From positions 3,315 to 67,314 of the forward strand of contig JABMQZ010000106.1 in NCBI GenBank assembly GCA_013202965.1: a stretch of DNA of 64,000 nt, read 5' to 3'. Below the pieces are notes generated by a model, which did not search any database, was not told the origin of the DNA, and saw only the letters and a list, made by a program, of their open reading frames with translations. Positions within the stretch are counted from its first letter, which is position 1. Each line of letters begins with the position of its first letter. Of this stretch, positions 9,496-20,015 are shown one piece after another. Origin of the DNA: Bacteroidota bacterium. GTDB taxonomy: Bacteria > Bacteroidota > Bacteroidia > Bacteroidales > B18-G4. The position numbers and the translations under genes were made by a program.

Positions 9496-10060
9496 CTGTA
9501 TTTAAAAAATCCGACACTAGCTTTTTTGCTTCTGCAATTGCTGTATCCAGATCATCATTTACAATGATCTCATCAAATTCAACGGCTTTACCAATTTCAT
9601 GGCGCGCTTTGTCTATACGTTTCAAAATATTCTCTTCCGTATCGGTTGAACGCTTTCTCAAACGTTCTTCAAGAACTTCAAATGAGGGTGGCATGATAAA
9701 AATTGCAAGGGCATATTTGCCATACTGTTTTTTAATGTTCAATCCCCCGTAAACATCAACATCGAAGATGACGTGCCGGCCTTTACTCCGGATACGTTCA
9801 ACCTCCGATTCGAGGCTGCCGTAAAAATGATCTTTGTATACTTCCTCCCATTCAAGGAATGCATCTTCCCTGATCTTTTCTTTAAATTCTTCAAGGCCGA
9901 TGAAATAGTAATCTTTGCCATTGGTTTCACCTGCTCTTTTTGGCCGGCTGCAAGCCGAAACTGAAAATTCCAGGTCAGCACCTGAATCAAGCATGGCTTT
10001 CATCAGTGTGGTTTTGCCGGCACCGGAAGGTGCAGAGAAAATGATCAGCTTTCCTTTCAT
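9488..10060 (-). CDS. gmk: Guanylate kinase
   Basis: P-loop SAPSGAGKTT, then SVSACSRPKRAGETNGKDYYF. It overlaps nadD by 8 nt. Confidence 0.9.
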   Translation of the reverse strand: MKGKLIIFSAPSGAGKTTLMKAMLDSGADLEFSVSACSRPKRAGETNGKDYYFIGLEEFKEKIREDAFLEWEEVYKDHFYGSLESEVERIRSKGRHVIFDVDVYGGLNIKKQYGKYALAIFIMPPSFEVLEERLRKRSTDTEENILKRIDKARHEIGKAVEFDEIIVNDDLDTAIAEAKKLVSDFLNTDA

Positions 10061-10935
10061 CAGAGTATATTGAATAATTGTTCCTTCACCTTTTCCAGTT
10101 CATCCTTCATCAGCACCACGATTTTTTGAATGTCTGCATCATTGGCTTTTGAGCCAAGTGTATTGATCTCCCGGCCCATTTCCTGGGAAATAAAAGCGAG
10201 TTTCTTGCCGTTGGCCCCATTTTCCTTAAGGGTTTCGAGAAAATATTTACAGTGTTTCTTCAGCCGGACTTTTTCTTCGGTAATATCAAGTTTCTCCAGG
10301 TAATATATGATCTCCTGCTCGAAGCGGTTCATATCTATTGTTCCTGAAGGTACTGAATCTTTAAACTGTTTCATCAGACGCTCCCTTGTCTTAAGGATCC
10401 GGTTTTTCTCAAGTGGTAAGATCTTCTCAAGAAGTTTCTCAATATTTTCTACACGGGATACCAGATCTTTCTCCAGGGCCAGTCCTTCCTGCACCCTGAA
10501 TTCATTCAATTTCCCGATGGTATCAAGCACAATCTGCCTGACCTTGTTCCACTCATCTTCATAAAGTTCAGGCTGCTCTGCTTTTAAAACATCAGGCATC
10601 TTCACGAGTGTGTGGATCAAATCCTCATTTATTTCAAGTTGAAGTTCTTCTGCCAGGGCCTTCATTTCCTCAAAATACTGTTTGGCAAGTGGCCGGTTAA
10701 AACGGTAGCTTGCCGTTTCCACGCTCTTATCAATATTGATATTCAGTTCAATTTTGCCGCGTTCAAGGCCGGAAGTGAGTAAAATTCTGAGTTCAGCTTC
10801 TTTCTCCCGGTAAATTAGGGGTAAACGTAAACTGGCATCAAATTGTTTGCTGTTCAGGGATTTAATTTCTACACTAATACTCTTGTCAGGCAGAGCAAGG
10901 ATACTCTTGCCAAAACCTGTCATTGACTTGATCAT
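10060..10935 (-). CDS. yicC: YicC family stress-induced protein
   Basis: The MIKSMTGFG start is typical of YicC, and a C-terminal DUF1732-like region (EMGREINTLGSKAND) is present. Its stop overlaps the gmk start by 1 nt. Start taken at 10935. Confidence 0.8.
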   Translation of the reverse strand: MIKSMTGFGKSILALPDKSISVEIKSLNSKQFDASLRLPLIYREKEAELRILLTSGLERGKIELNINIDKSVETASYRFNRPLAKQYFEEMKALAEELQLEINEDLIHTLVKMPDVLKAEQPELYEDEWNKVRQIVLDTIGKLNEFRVQEGLALEKDLVSRVENIEKLLEKILPLEKNRILKTRERLMKQFKDSVPSGTIDMNRFEQEIIYYLEKLDITEEKVRLKKHCKYFLETLKENGANGKKLAFISQEMGREINTLGSKANDADIQKIVVLMKDELEKVKEQLFNIL

Positions 10936-11051
10936 ATGCGCTAGTTTATAGCAAAGATAAGAATGAAATTGCATTCTGCAAATATCAGGAGGCCCTTAGT
11001 AAAAATCTTAATTCAAAGAATTTTGATTAAATTGCGTCAAATACCTTCGGT

Positions 11052-13997
11052 ATGCTGGATCAATTGGCAAGATATTTTGGCCTGACAGTCTTTGTGCTTT
11101 TAATGATTGCTTTTTCCGGGGCATTGTTTTCACAGGAAGCTGTTGTGCGCCATTTTTCTGAAGAAGAAGGATTACCGGGTAATGATGTCTACGATATATT
11201 GAGTGCCACAAGTGGTTATATGTGGTTTGCCACGGATAATGGCGTTTCCAGGTATGACGGCCATACTTTTAAAAATTATAATGTATCGGATGGCTTGCCC
11301 ACAAATTCAGTTTTAAAATTATATGAAGACCTGCTTGGCCGGATCTGGTTTCTTGCCTATAATGGGATGTTGAGTTGTTACGATAAAGATGAGATCTTTG
11401 CTTATCAGTACAATGATTCCATTATAAAATATTTTACTGATAATTATCTCAGCAAAATATGTGTGGATTCCTCCGGTGGAATACTTTTATCTCCAAGACA
11501 GGGAGGGAGAGCATATATTACAGCTGAAGGCAGTATACACACACGCATGAATCTAATTCCCCGTTGGGGTGATTCAATTTACCTGACATTTGAAGATTAC
11601 GGAAATGACCATTTCATGAGTATCTTGAATGAAAAACCGGATGCATATGAACAAAACGGGTCCTTATTCCATATGGATAATAAATATTATTTAAAGATTG
11701 ATTGTACTGCCATAAAATTCCAGAGGAATTATCTGAAAACAGCAAATGGTGAATATGTTGTCAGTTACCGGAATAGTGTGTATGTTATTAAAGACTACAT
11801 GCTTATAGCAAAAAAGGATTTTGAAGAGGAAGTGCTGTCTCTTTATAATGATAAGCAAGGACATTTGTGGGTGAGTATAAAATTTAACCATGGAATTTAT
11901 ATGTTTGATAATGCATTGCTTAACGGCCAGGCAAGCCATTTCTTTGATGACTATACGGTGACCAGTGTCAGGCAGGACAGGGAAGGGGATTACTGGTTCA
12001 GTACGGAAGGCCATGGTGTTTTTTTTATTCCCACCTTTGATTTCAATTTGTATACCCTGCCGGGGGAAAACAGGAATCTAAATGTAATGGCTCTTGAAAT
12101 ATCAGGTGACAGGCTTTGGTTTAGCACAAGAGAAAAAGAACTGTATTCAGGCAGAATATCAAAGGGGAGGATAAGCGATATACGACGAACAGACATCGGT
12201 AATCCAAAGAATTGGATACATAACATTATTGTAGACAGAGATGGTTATTTATGGCTGTCATCAACCAGATATCTAAGGTATGATCCGGCAGGCTTTCCCC
12301 GCCCGCTTGATACGGTTATTTTTGCAACTTGCCTGGGGAAGGCCAGGGGAGATACAATCTATGCATCCTTTAAAAGACTCGGGATTTATGTGGGTAATGA
12401 ATTACTATTGCTCGGTGAACCGGGTGTAGGAAAGAGGATATATTCAATTTTCCCGGAGGATCCCGCTAAAGTCTGGCTGGGCACCTTGTATGGTTTATAT
12501 CTTTTTAACGGACAAAATTATTTTTTTAAGGGTGATCTGGCACCAGTATTGAATGAACGTATAAATTGCATTAATAAAATTGGCGATATGCTGGTGGTAG
12601 GGACTGCGGCACATGGCTTGGTATTGCTGAAAGGAGATAGTACCGCTCACCTGATTTCTACTCAGAATGATTTGAGTGGGGATGCTGTAAAATCCGTATT
12701 TATCCAAAACGATTCTATTCTATGGGTAGGTACCAAGTCAGGCCTGAATAAGATCTTATTTAGTAAATCAGGATCGGAATATTATATAGAAAGCTATGCT
12801 GAATGTGACGGGCTTCCGTCTGATGAGATTAACAGGATCAGCATGCACGATGGGTATATCTGGCTTGCCACGGGCAGTGGTCTCGTTTCTTTTTTGCCAG
12901 ATGATGTTGATCCGCATGAGATCCCCCCGATTATCAAGATCAGCAATATTCAGATCAATGACAGGGATACTGCCGTTATGGATAAATACGTGCTTGATCA
13001 TGACCAGAATAATATAAGGATCAGTATGACCGGGATCAGCTTCAGGGAAGGGGGAAGTCTGAAATACAGGTACATGCTGTCTAACTATAATGATGAAATA
13101 GTTGAGACTAAAAATCAGTGGGCATATTTCTCCAACCTTTCTCCCGGTGATTATACTTTTTTTGTGAATGTAGGTAATGCGCATGGAGTTTGGAACGAAG
13201 CACCGGAAAGTATCAGATTTCACATAAAAAAACACTATACGCAAACTATCTGGTTTCTGATACTTCTGATCCTGGTATCTTCACTCCTCCTTGCAGGTAT
13301 TCTTATTTTCCTGCATAGACAACAAAAGATCAAGGGAAAAGCCAGGATGGATCTGACCCTGATGGAGCAAAAAATGTTCCGATCGCAGATGAACCCGCAC
13401 TTTGTATTTAATGCATTACTGGCCATACAGGGATTTATGTACCAGAACAACCCCAGGGATGCCGGCAGGTATCTGACAAGCTTTGCCAAGTTGATCAGAC
13501 ATACACTGTATGGCTCCAGTGAGGAATATATTTCCCTGGATCAGGAAATTGAAGCCATGGAGTACTACATGGATCTTCAGCGCTTGAGATTTAATGAGAA
13601 ATTTGAATATCACGTCAAAACAGAAGGAGACCTGATGCCTGAATCAATAAAGATCCCACCGATGTTGATACAGCCCTTTATTGAAAATGCGATAGAGCAT
13701 GGCTTGCAGCACATGAACGGAAAAGGGAAGTTGCTTCTGAGCTTTGAAATGCCTGATGTGTATCTTAAGATTATCATTGAGGACAATGGAATTGGCAGGG
13801 AGGAAGCAATGAAATTACAGCAGAAAAGGAGCAGGCTGCATAAATCTCTTGGAATGGAAATTATGCGTAAAAGGATTGCATCCCTGAATCTGATCATGGA
13901 TAAAAAGATCAGCCTTACTATTTTGGATCTGAAAGATGCAGCAGGAAATGGAATAGGAACCAGGGTAACGATATATATACCACACCGATCAGTCTGA
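11052..13997 (+). CDS. Hybrid sensor: two-component-regulator propeller repeats + Y_Y_Y domain + TM + LytS-type histidine kinase
   Basis: Repeated propeller motifs (D..G..W..T..G...YD), a TM helix (IWFLILLILVSSLLLAGILIF), the His_kinase motif FRSQMNPHFVFNAL and an HATPase region (IEDNGIG). Confidence 0.8.
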   Translation: MLDQLARYFGLTVFVLLMIAFSGALFSQEAVVRHFSEEEGLPGNDVYDILSATSGYMWFATDNGVSRYDGHTFKNYNVSDGLPTNSVLKLYEDLLGRIWFLAYNGMLSCYDKDEIFAYQYNDSIIKYFTDNYLSKICVDSSGGILLSPRQGGRAYITAEGSIHTRMNLIPRWGDSIYLTFEDYGNDHFMSILNEKPDAYEQNGSLFHMDNKYYLKIDCTAIKFQRNYLKTANGEYVVSYRNSVYVIKDYMLIAKKDFEEEVLSLYNDKQGHLWVSIKFNHGIYMFDNALLNGQASHFFDDYTVTSVRQDREGDYWFSTEGHGVFFIPTFDFNLYTLPGENRNLNVMALEISGDRLWFSTREKELYSGRISKGRISDIRRTDIGNPKNWIHNIIVDRDGYLWLSSTRYLRYDPAGFPRPLDTVIFATCLGKARGDTIYASFKRLGIYVGNELLLLGEPGVGKRIYSIFPEDPAKVWLGTLYGLYLFNGQNYFFKGDLAPVLNERINCINKIGDMLVVGTAAHGLVLLKGDSTAHLISTQNDLSGDAVKSVFIQNDSILWVGTKSGLNKILFSKSGSEYYIESYAECDGLPSDEINRISMHDGYIWLATGSGLVSFLPDDVDPHEIPPIIKISNIQINDRDTAVMDKYVLDHDQNNIRISMTGISFREGGSLKYRYMLSNYNDEIVETKNQWAYFSNLSPGDYTFFVNVGNAHGVWNEAPESIRFHIKKHYTQTIWFLILLILVSSLLLAGILIFLHRQQKIKGKARMDLTLMEQKMFRSQMNPHFVFNALLAIQGFMYQNNPRDAGRYLTSFAKLIRHTLYGSSEEYISLDQEIEAMEYYMDLQRLRFNEKFEYHVKTEGDLMPESIKIPPMLIQPFIENAIEHGLQHMNGKGKLLLSFEMPDVYLKIIIEDNGIGREEAMKLQQKRSRLHKSLGMEIMRKRIASLNLIMDKKISLTILDLKDAAGNGIGTRVTIYIPHRSV

Positions 13998-14115
13998 GAT
14001 AGAAAACCATCCATTGCTCCCAGTGTCAGGACCGGCTTATTTCAGCCACACAAAGTCTTGCTTTTTTTGTATATTTACCTCGATTCAGGCACCCTTGCCA
14101 TAAAGAAAGGACGAT

Positions 14116-14865
14116 ATGATAAAGACAATTATTGTTGATGATGAAGTGAAAGCCCGGGAAACTATCCTGAACATGCTCGCAACTTATTGCCCGGACGTTG
14201 AAGTTATTGCTACAGCAGGAAGTGTGAGCGAAGGAGAAGAAATACTTTCTTTGCATGAGCCCGACCTTGTATTACTGGATATTAAGATGGCCGATGGGAC
14301 TGGGTTTGATCTCTTGAAAAGGCTGGATAAAATTAATTTTTTTGTGATCTTCATTACTGCTTTTGAGGAATTTGCCATCAGGGCGTTCAAATTTAGTGCG
14401 CTGGATTATATCCTGAAGCCTCTGGATCCCGATGAACTTGCAAATGCAGTGATAAAAGCTAAAGAAGAAATTGAAAAGGCAAATATGTCGGTAAAGCTGG
14501 ATGCTTTGTTCCAAAATCTTGGGGCATTGAGCAGCGATACAAAAAAAATAGTACTCAAAACAGCCTCTTGTGTTCATGTCGTCAACCTTAAGGATATTAT
14601 CAGGTGTGAATCGGATAAGAATTACACCCACTTTTTTACCATTGAGGGGGAGGAGATCACAGTCTCCAAAACCCTTAAGGAATTTAACGAATTGCTGATT
14701 GATTATAGTTTCTATAGGGTACACCAGTCACATCTGATCAATCTTGAACATATGAAACGTTATGAGAAACAGGGTGGCGGATTTTTGGTTATGGACGATA
14801 ATTCCCGCATACCTGTTTCCTTCAGGAAAAAAGAAGATCTGATGAAGTTGTTCAAAAGCCTTTGA
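14116..14865 (+). CDS. LytTR-family response regulator
   Basis: REC domain (IIVDDE...DLVLLDIKM) plus a LytTR DNA-binding domain (YRVHQSHLINL). Confidence 0.9.
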   Translation: MIKTIIVDDEVKARETILNMLATYCPDVEVIATAGSVSEGEEILSLHEPDLVLLDIKMADGTGFDLLKRLDKINFFVIFITAFEEFAIRAFKFSALDYILKPLDPDELANAVIKAKEEIEKANMSVKLDALFQNLGALSSDTKKIVLKTASCVHVVNLKDIIRCESDKNYTHFFTIEGEEITVSKTLKEFNELLIDYSFYRVHQSHLINLEHMKRYEKQGGGFLVMDDNSRIPVSFRKKEDLMKLFKSL

Positions 14866-14883
14866 CCTGAATGCACCTGAACC

Positions 14884-15972
14884 ATGACTGACGAAACCAA
14901 TATACAAAACGGAAAATCGATTTTCTTTGATGATCCCTGGCAGTATTATAATGCCATGCTTGAGGATATTGAAGGGGCCGAGACGAGTATAAGTGTTGAG
15001 ACGTACAAGTTCGGCAGCGGAAATATTGGGGAAAGATTCCGGGATGTTCTGACACGGAAAGCTGAAGAAGGAGTAAAAGTGAGGATACTGATCGATTCCT
15101 GGGGAGCCCAGGTTTCTCATGCATTTTTCAGTGAGCTGGAAAAAAGCGGTGGTGAAGTTCGCTTTTTTATGAAAATCAAGCTTGTCTGGGATTTCTTCAC
15201 CAAAAACCATCGCCGAAACCACCGGAAAATCTTGCTTATCGATGATAAAATTTCCTATATAGGCTCAGCCAATCTTGCCGGGCATTCACTGAACTGGCGT
15301 GAATCGATGCTCAGGCTTGAAAATCCTGAATTAAACAAGGTCTTGCAAAAGATATTCATCGAAGATTTTGAGATGTACAACAGCTATACATTCAAGAAAC
15401 CAGGACTGACCCGTCTTCTCAAATCCGGTAATTTTGAAATCATTCGCGATGTTCCATCCATCACCCGGCAAACGATCAAAAGCCGTTATGAAAACTTAAT
15501 TAGAAATGCCAGGCAAAGGGTAGTCATTGAAACACCTTATTTTCTCCCAGGGTTCAAGCTGAGAAAGGCTATGTCTGATGCAGTTAAAAGAGGCGTGGAC
15601 ATTACCGTGATCATTCCTAAGAATTCCGATGTCCACCTGGTCGACCTGCTCAGGGGAAGGTATCTCGGAATGCTTCATAAAAACGGAGTGAAATTTCGTA
15701 TGTATCTTCCTCATAAACTACATGCTAAACTGCTGCTCATTGATAGAGAAACTTTCGCCCTGGGCTCAGCTAATTTTGATTATCGCAGTTTCAGGTATCA
15801 GCATGAAATTATCCTTGTTGGCAGTGATCAGGATATAATATCCCAGATCAGGAGCCATATTTTCGACTGTCTGCAGAACAGTGAACCTTTTAATTATGAT
15901 GAATGGTTGAAGAGACCTTTTATCCAACGCTTTTACGAGTGGATTTTTCTTCCTTTCAGGCACCTTCTCTGA
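14884..15972 (+). CDS. Phospholipase D / cardiolipin synthase-like protein (two HKD motifs, no obvious TM)
   Basis: HRKILLIDD...GSANL and HAKLLLIDR...GSANFD. Confidence 0.8.
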   Translation: MTDETNIQNGKSIFFDDPWQYYNAMLEDIEGAETSISVETYKFGSGNIGERFRDVLTRKAEEGVKVRILIDSWGAQVSHAFFSELEKSGGEVRFFMKIKLVWDFFTKNHRRNHRKILLIDDKISYIGSANLAGHSLNWRESMLRLENPELNKVLQKIFIEDFEMYNSYTFKKPGLTRLLKSGNFEIIRDVPSITRQTIKSRYENLIRNARQRVVIETPYFLPGFKLRKAMSDAVKRGVDITVIIPKNSDVHLVDLLRGRYLGMLHKNGVKFRMYLPHKLHAKLLLIDRETFALGSANFDYRSFRYQHEIILVGSDQDIISQIRSHIFDCLQNSEPFNYDEWLKRPFIQRFYEWIFLPFRHLL

Positions 15973-16099
15973 GTTGTGAACTTAATGTCTATAGCTTATT
16001 GGATATCGTTCCGACAAACAAATAACAACTGCTTAATATTTCGTATTCATCCTCTCACATTTATAATAATTCTAAACAGATTCATGCTGGAAATATCTA

Positions 16100-16107
16100 T
16101 ACATTTG
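16100..16107 (+). promoter_or_regulatory. Candidate -7 box (TACATTTG) for rocD
   Basis: Exact TAnnTTTG match 128 nt upstream of the preferred rocD ATG (16235). Confidence 0.35.
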
Positions 16108-16127
16108 CAGTAGTTATTAATCTAATA

Positions 16128-16150
16128 ATTCCTCGTGGCTTGCTGCGAGG
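16128..16150 (+). repeat. Small hairpin element ATTCCTCGTGGCTTGC..GAGG (second copy at 63944-63967)
   Basis: A 16-nt exact match between the two sites. Both fold as CCTCG...CGAGG-type hairpins and both lie downstream of a TAnnTTTG box. Confidence 0.4.
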
Positions 16151-16234
16151 TTTCCTGATAATATCCCCTGATTTTCAGGGGAGATGTACCGCCTTAGCGG
16201 GACAGAGGGGTATTATTATAAAAAAAATCATAAA

Positions 16235-17467
16235 ATGAAGGAAGTATCTGCTGCCGGCTTAACATCAGCACAAGCCATTGAGCTTGAAAACCATTATGGT
16301 GCACATAACTATCATCCTTTGCCTGTCGTGCTGTCAAAAGGAGAAGGTGTATACGTATGGGATGTAGAAGGAAAACGTTATTTTGACTTTTTATCGGCAT
16401 ATTCTGCAGTGAACCAGGGCCATTGTCATCCCAGAATTGTGGATGCAATGGTGGAACAGGCCAGAATCCTTACACTCACTTCAAGGGCTTTCTACAGCGA
16501 TGCTCTTGGCGTTTATGAGAAGTTTCTTTGTGAGTATTTCGGATATGACAAGGTTCTGCCCATGAACACCGGTGTTGAAGGAGATGAAACTGCTTTGAAG
16601 CTGGCACGTCGCTGGGGGTATGATAAGAAAGGCATCCCCGAAAATGAGGCAAAAATTGTTGTTTGCGAAAATAATTTTCATGGCAGGACCATTACCGTTA
16701 TATCAATGTCGACCGATCCGGATGCACGTGGTGGCTTTGGCCCTTATACTCCGGGCTTTGTCATCGTCCCCTATAATAATTTGCAGGCGCTTGAGGAAGC
16801 CCTTCAGGATCCCAATGTTGCGGGCTTTCTGGTAGAGCCCATTCAGGGAGAAGCCGGCGTATACGTACCTGACGACGGATATCTTGCAAGTTCGTTCGAA
16901 CTTTGTAAAAAGCATAATGTACTGTTTATTGCTGATGAAGTACAGACAGGTATTGCCCGTACAGGGAAATTGCTTGCCTGTGATCATGAAAATGTCCACC
17001 CGGATATCCTGATCCTGGGTAAAGCATTATCCGGAGGGGTATATCCTGTTTCTGCAGTACTGGCTGATGATGACATCATGTTATGTATTAAGCCCGGGCA
17101 ACATGGCTCAACCTTTGGTGGTAACCCGGTAGCTGCCAGGGTTGCGATAGCTGCACTGGAGGTTGTGAGAGATGAAAAACTTGCAGAAAATGCGGAGGTT
17201 ATGGGGGAGATTTTTAGGTCGGAGATGAGCAAAATCGATTCCGATATGATAGCGCTTGTGCGGGGAAAAGGATTGTTGAATGCGATTATGATCACACCTA
17301 AAGATGGAAAGTCGGCATGGGATGTATGTGTGAGAATGCAGGAAAATGGACTGCTGGCAAAGCCAACCCATGATCATATTATACGCTTCGCTCCACCACT
17401 GGTTATCAATGAGGCACAGCTTTATGAAGCAATAGACCTGATAAAGAAATCCATACTGTCTTTCTAA
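16235..17467 (+). CDS. rocD: Ornithine aminotransferase
   Basis: [52 protein letters not shown] and [15 protein letters not shown] are class-III aminotransferase/OAT signatures. Start moved to MKEVSAAG. Confidence 0.9.
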   Translation: MKEVSAAGLTSAQAIELENHYGAHNYHPLPVVLSKGEGVYVWDVEGKRYFDFLSAYSAVNQGHCHPRIVDAMVEQARILTLTSRAFYSDALGVYEKFLCEYFGYDKVLPMNTGVEGDETALKLARRWGYDKKGIPENEAKIVVCENNFHGRTITVISMSTDPDARGGFGPYTPGFVIVPYNNLQALEEALQDPNVAGFLVEPIQGEAGVYVPDDGYLASSFELCKKHNVLFIADEVQTGIARTGKLLACDHENVHPDILILGKALSGGVYPVSAVLADDDIMLCIKPGQHGSTFGGNPVAARVAIAALEVVRDEKLAENAEVMGEIFRSEMSKIDSDMIALVRGKGLLNAIMITPKDGKSAWDVCVRMQENGLLAKPTHDHIIRFAPPLVINEAQLYEAIDLIKKSILSF

Positions 17468-17469
17468 GA

Positions 17470-20004
17470 TCAGAAGTTAACCGCCAGCCTTAAGTTGAAA
17501 AGGCGGGGTGTCAGATAATTCGGGACAGCATATTCACGGCCATTTTTATCCTTAACCCAAATATAGGAAATGGTATTATGGATTTGGAAGAGATTAAATA
17601 TTTCCAGGCTGATCCAGGCCGACCTGATATACTTCAAAGGATTCTTCGCACCAAAACTACTGTACCCACCTATTAATTCTTTGGAAAAACCGATGTCAAC
17701 CCTCCGGTATGGAGCAATACGGTAAACATGTTCATATTTGGGAGAATTTGGAGGGCCGAAAGGCAGGCTGCTTCCAAATATAAGCTTGATGTGCATTTTC
17801 CAGGTCGGATTTCGTGGGATGTAATCCTGGAAGAAAAGTGCAAAGTGAACACGTTGATCGGTAGGGCGGGGGATATACCCTGGAAATATTTGGGTGCTGT
17901 CAGTGGCTGTCTGGTCTTCCGTATATCCCGGAATGATCATTTCTCCTCCTTCATTATAATATTCCCAATAATAATCACCCTTGATATCCTCCATGGTCTT
18001 CAGGAATGAAAGACTTGCCCAGGAATCAATACCTTTTATGAATTCACCATTCACTTTCAGGTCAAGGCCATAGGCATATCCCTTGGACAAATTATCTCCG
18101 TAATACCGGATACGCACATTGTCAATGACATAGGGCACCAGGTCGTCCAGTATTTTATAGTATGCTTCGCTAACAAATTTAAACGGTCTGCCCCATGCCA
18201 TGAAATCCCAGTCGCTTCCTATCACGAAATGAATCGATTTCTGAGCCCGCACATTCGGATTGATCCGACCTTGCAAATCTCTTAATTCCCTGTAAAATGG
18301 AGGCTGCTGATAGTAACCAACGGAAAGTCTGAAGAGGATATCTTTCTTCCAGTTTGGCTTTATAGACAGTGTTGCCCTGGGACTAAGTAAAAATTGTTTG
18401 TTGACATTCCAATAACTTCCGCGTATACCGGCAATAAGATATGCATTGGCCTCTCCCAGATGAAAGTTCCAGGTATTCTGGATGAAGGCAGTATAGCGGT
18501 TCGAATGAAATGAAGTATCTGTACGGTATGCTGAAAACAACTCCAGTTGAGGATTGTAAACCGGATATGGATCTCCTACGGTAAAGGGTGGTTCGGGGAT
18601 GGTGTAGCCGGCAGAGTCAACGAGTTCCCATTCGTTCAGTTCATCCTGAATGATCTCGTGCTGGTACCTGATCCCCCATTGCAGGTAATGCTTGCTCAGG
18701 TCGAGAAAGCCCTTGTGCTCAACATTATAAACGCTGGCAAGAAGGTAATTTCTGGCGTGGTCGAGAAATGCCCCTACGCCTTGTGCTTCAACTACTTCTC
18801 CAAACTGTTCTTCGCCAATCTGGTTTTCCAGTTTACCGATATAATATTCGCCGAGGATGTCAAATGTTTCGCTTTCCCGTGTCTGGAAAGCGGAGGTGAT
18901 GAATTGTAATTTCAGATGGTCCTGTGGGTAATAATCCAGGCTGAGCGCTCCCATATAATTTTCAAAACGATCCAGTTCCTGTCCCTCGAAATAGATATTC
19001 AGCCTGTATGCCTCCTGCACGGTCCCAAATTCCGTTTGCCGGCTTGAAGGGATAACCTTATAGGAGTTGCGGGCATAATTTCCCAAGAAGGATAATTCCA
19101 CTTTTGGTGAGATCCTGTATGAAAACAATGCCTGCACATCGGCAAAATTAGGCTTGTAATCTCCTTCAGTTTCAAGACTTTTAAGAATGTAAGAGTTGGA
19201 TTTGTAGCGGATTCCCGTCAGGTATGAAAACTTCTGATTTTTAGATAATCCTTCTACATGTACTTCTGCACCAAGCATGCTAATTTGAAAAGAGCCGCCA
19301 AAAGAAGTGGGCTTCTTATATTGAATATCGAGTACGGAGGACATCTTGTCGCCATATTTAGATTCAAAGCCACCGGCCGAGAATAATATGGAACTGACAA
19401 GTGCAGGGTTTATAAAACTAAGGCCCTCTTGCTGTCCTGAGCGGATAAGGAATGGCCTGTATATCTCTATGCCGTTTACGTATACCAGGTTTTCATCAAA
19501 GTTTCCTCCCCTGACTGAATACTGGGAACTCAATTCGTTGTTGGAGCTTACCCCCGGCAATGTTTTCAGGATGTCTTCCACTCCTCCTCCCAGTGTTGGG
19601 ATCTCAGTGGCTATTTTAGGGTCCAGGCGCTGAAGGTTTGTATGCCTGATCTGCTTGTCCACGATTTCAATATCCGGAAGTTGTTCGGCAGATACTTTCA
19701 TTATTACACTCAGTTCATGTCTCTGGCCGGGCTGAAGAAATATCCTGAACATCTGTTTTTCATAACCAATAAATGATATTACCAGTGTAAGTTCAGTGGT
19801 AGGGGGCACAGATAATTCAAAGCGGCCGTCATTATCAGTAGCAACCCCACCGGCATAACCGATCACTGCAACATTGGCATACTCAACTACTTCGCCTGCT
19901 TCATCGCTTATCCGGCCATAAATAATGGCATTTTCCTGAGCGATAGCCATCACAGCCACAAGAAGGATGCTTAGGGTAATGAGTATTTTTTTTATTTTCA
20001 GCAT
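17470..20004 (-). CDS. TonB-dependent receptor with N-terminal CarboxypepD_reg-like domain
   Basis: Signal peptide, the YGRISDEAGEVVEYANV carboxypeptidase-regulatory fold, a plug region, a long beta-barrel and a terminal aromatic residue (..AVNF). Confidence 0.8.
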   Translation of the reverse strand: MLKIKKILITLSILLVAVMAIAQENAIIYGRISDEAGEVVEYANVAVIGYAGGVATDNDGRFELSVPPTTELTLVISFIGYEKQMFRIFLQPGQRHELSVIMKVSAEQLPDIEIVDKQIRHTNLQRLDPKIATEIPTLGGGVEDILKTLPGVSSNNELSSQYSVRGGNFDENLVYVNGIEIYRPFLIRSGQQEGLSFINPALVSSILFSAGGFESKYGDKMSSVLDIQYKKPTSFGGSFQISMLGAEVHVEGLSKNQKFSYLTGIRYKSNSYILKSLETEGDYKPNFADVQALFSYRISPKVELSFLGNYARNSYKVIPSSRQTEFGTVQEAYRLNIYFEGQELDRFENYMGALSLDYYPQDHLKLQFITSAFQTRESETFDILGEYYIGKLENQIGEEQFGEVVEAQGVGAFLDHARNYLLASVYNVEHKGFLDLSKHYLQWGIRYQHEIIQDELNEWELVDSAGYTIPEPPFTVGDPYPVYNPQLELFSAYRTDTSFHSNRYTAFIQNTWNFHLGEANAYLIAGIRGSYWNVNKQFLLSPRATLSIKPNWKKDILFRLSVGYYQQPPFYRELRDLQGRINPNVRAQKSIHFVIGSDWDFMAWGRPFKFVSEAYYKILDDLVPYVIDNVRIRYYGDNLSKGYAYGLDLKVNGEFIKGIDSWASLSFLKTMEDIKGDYYWEYYNEGGEMIIPGYTEDQTATDSTQIFPGYIPRPTDQRVHFALFFQDYIPRNPTWKMHIKLIFGSSLPFGPPNSPKYEHVYRIAPYRRVDIGFSKELIGGYSSFGAKNPLKYIRSAWISLEIFNLFQIHNTISYIWVKDKNGREYAVPNYLTPRLFNLRLAVNF

Positions 20005-20015
20005 ATGCCTTAGCC

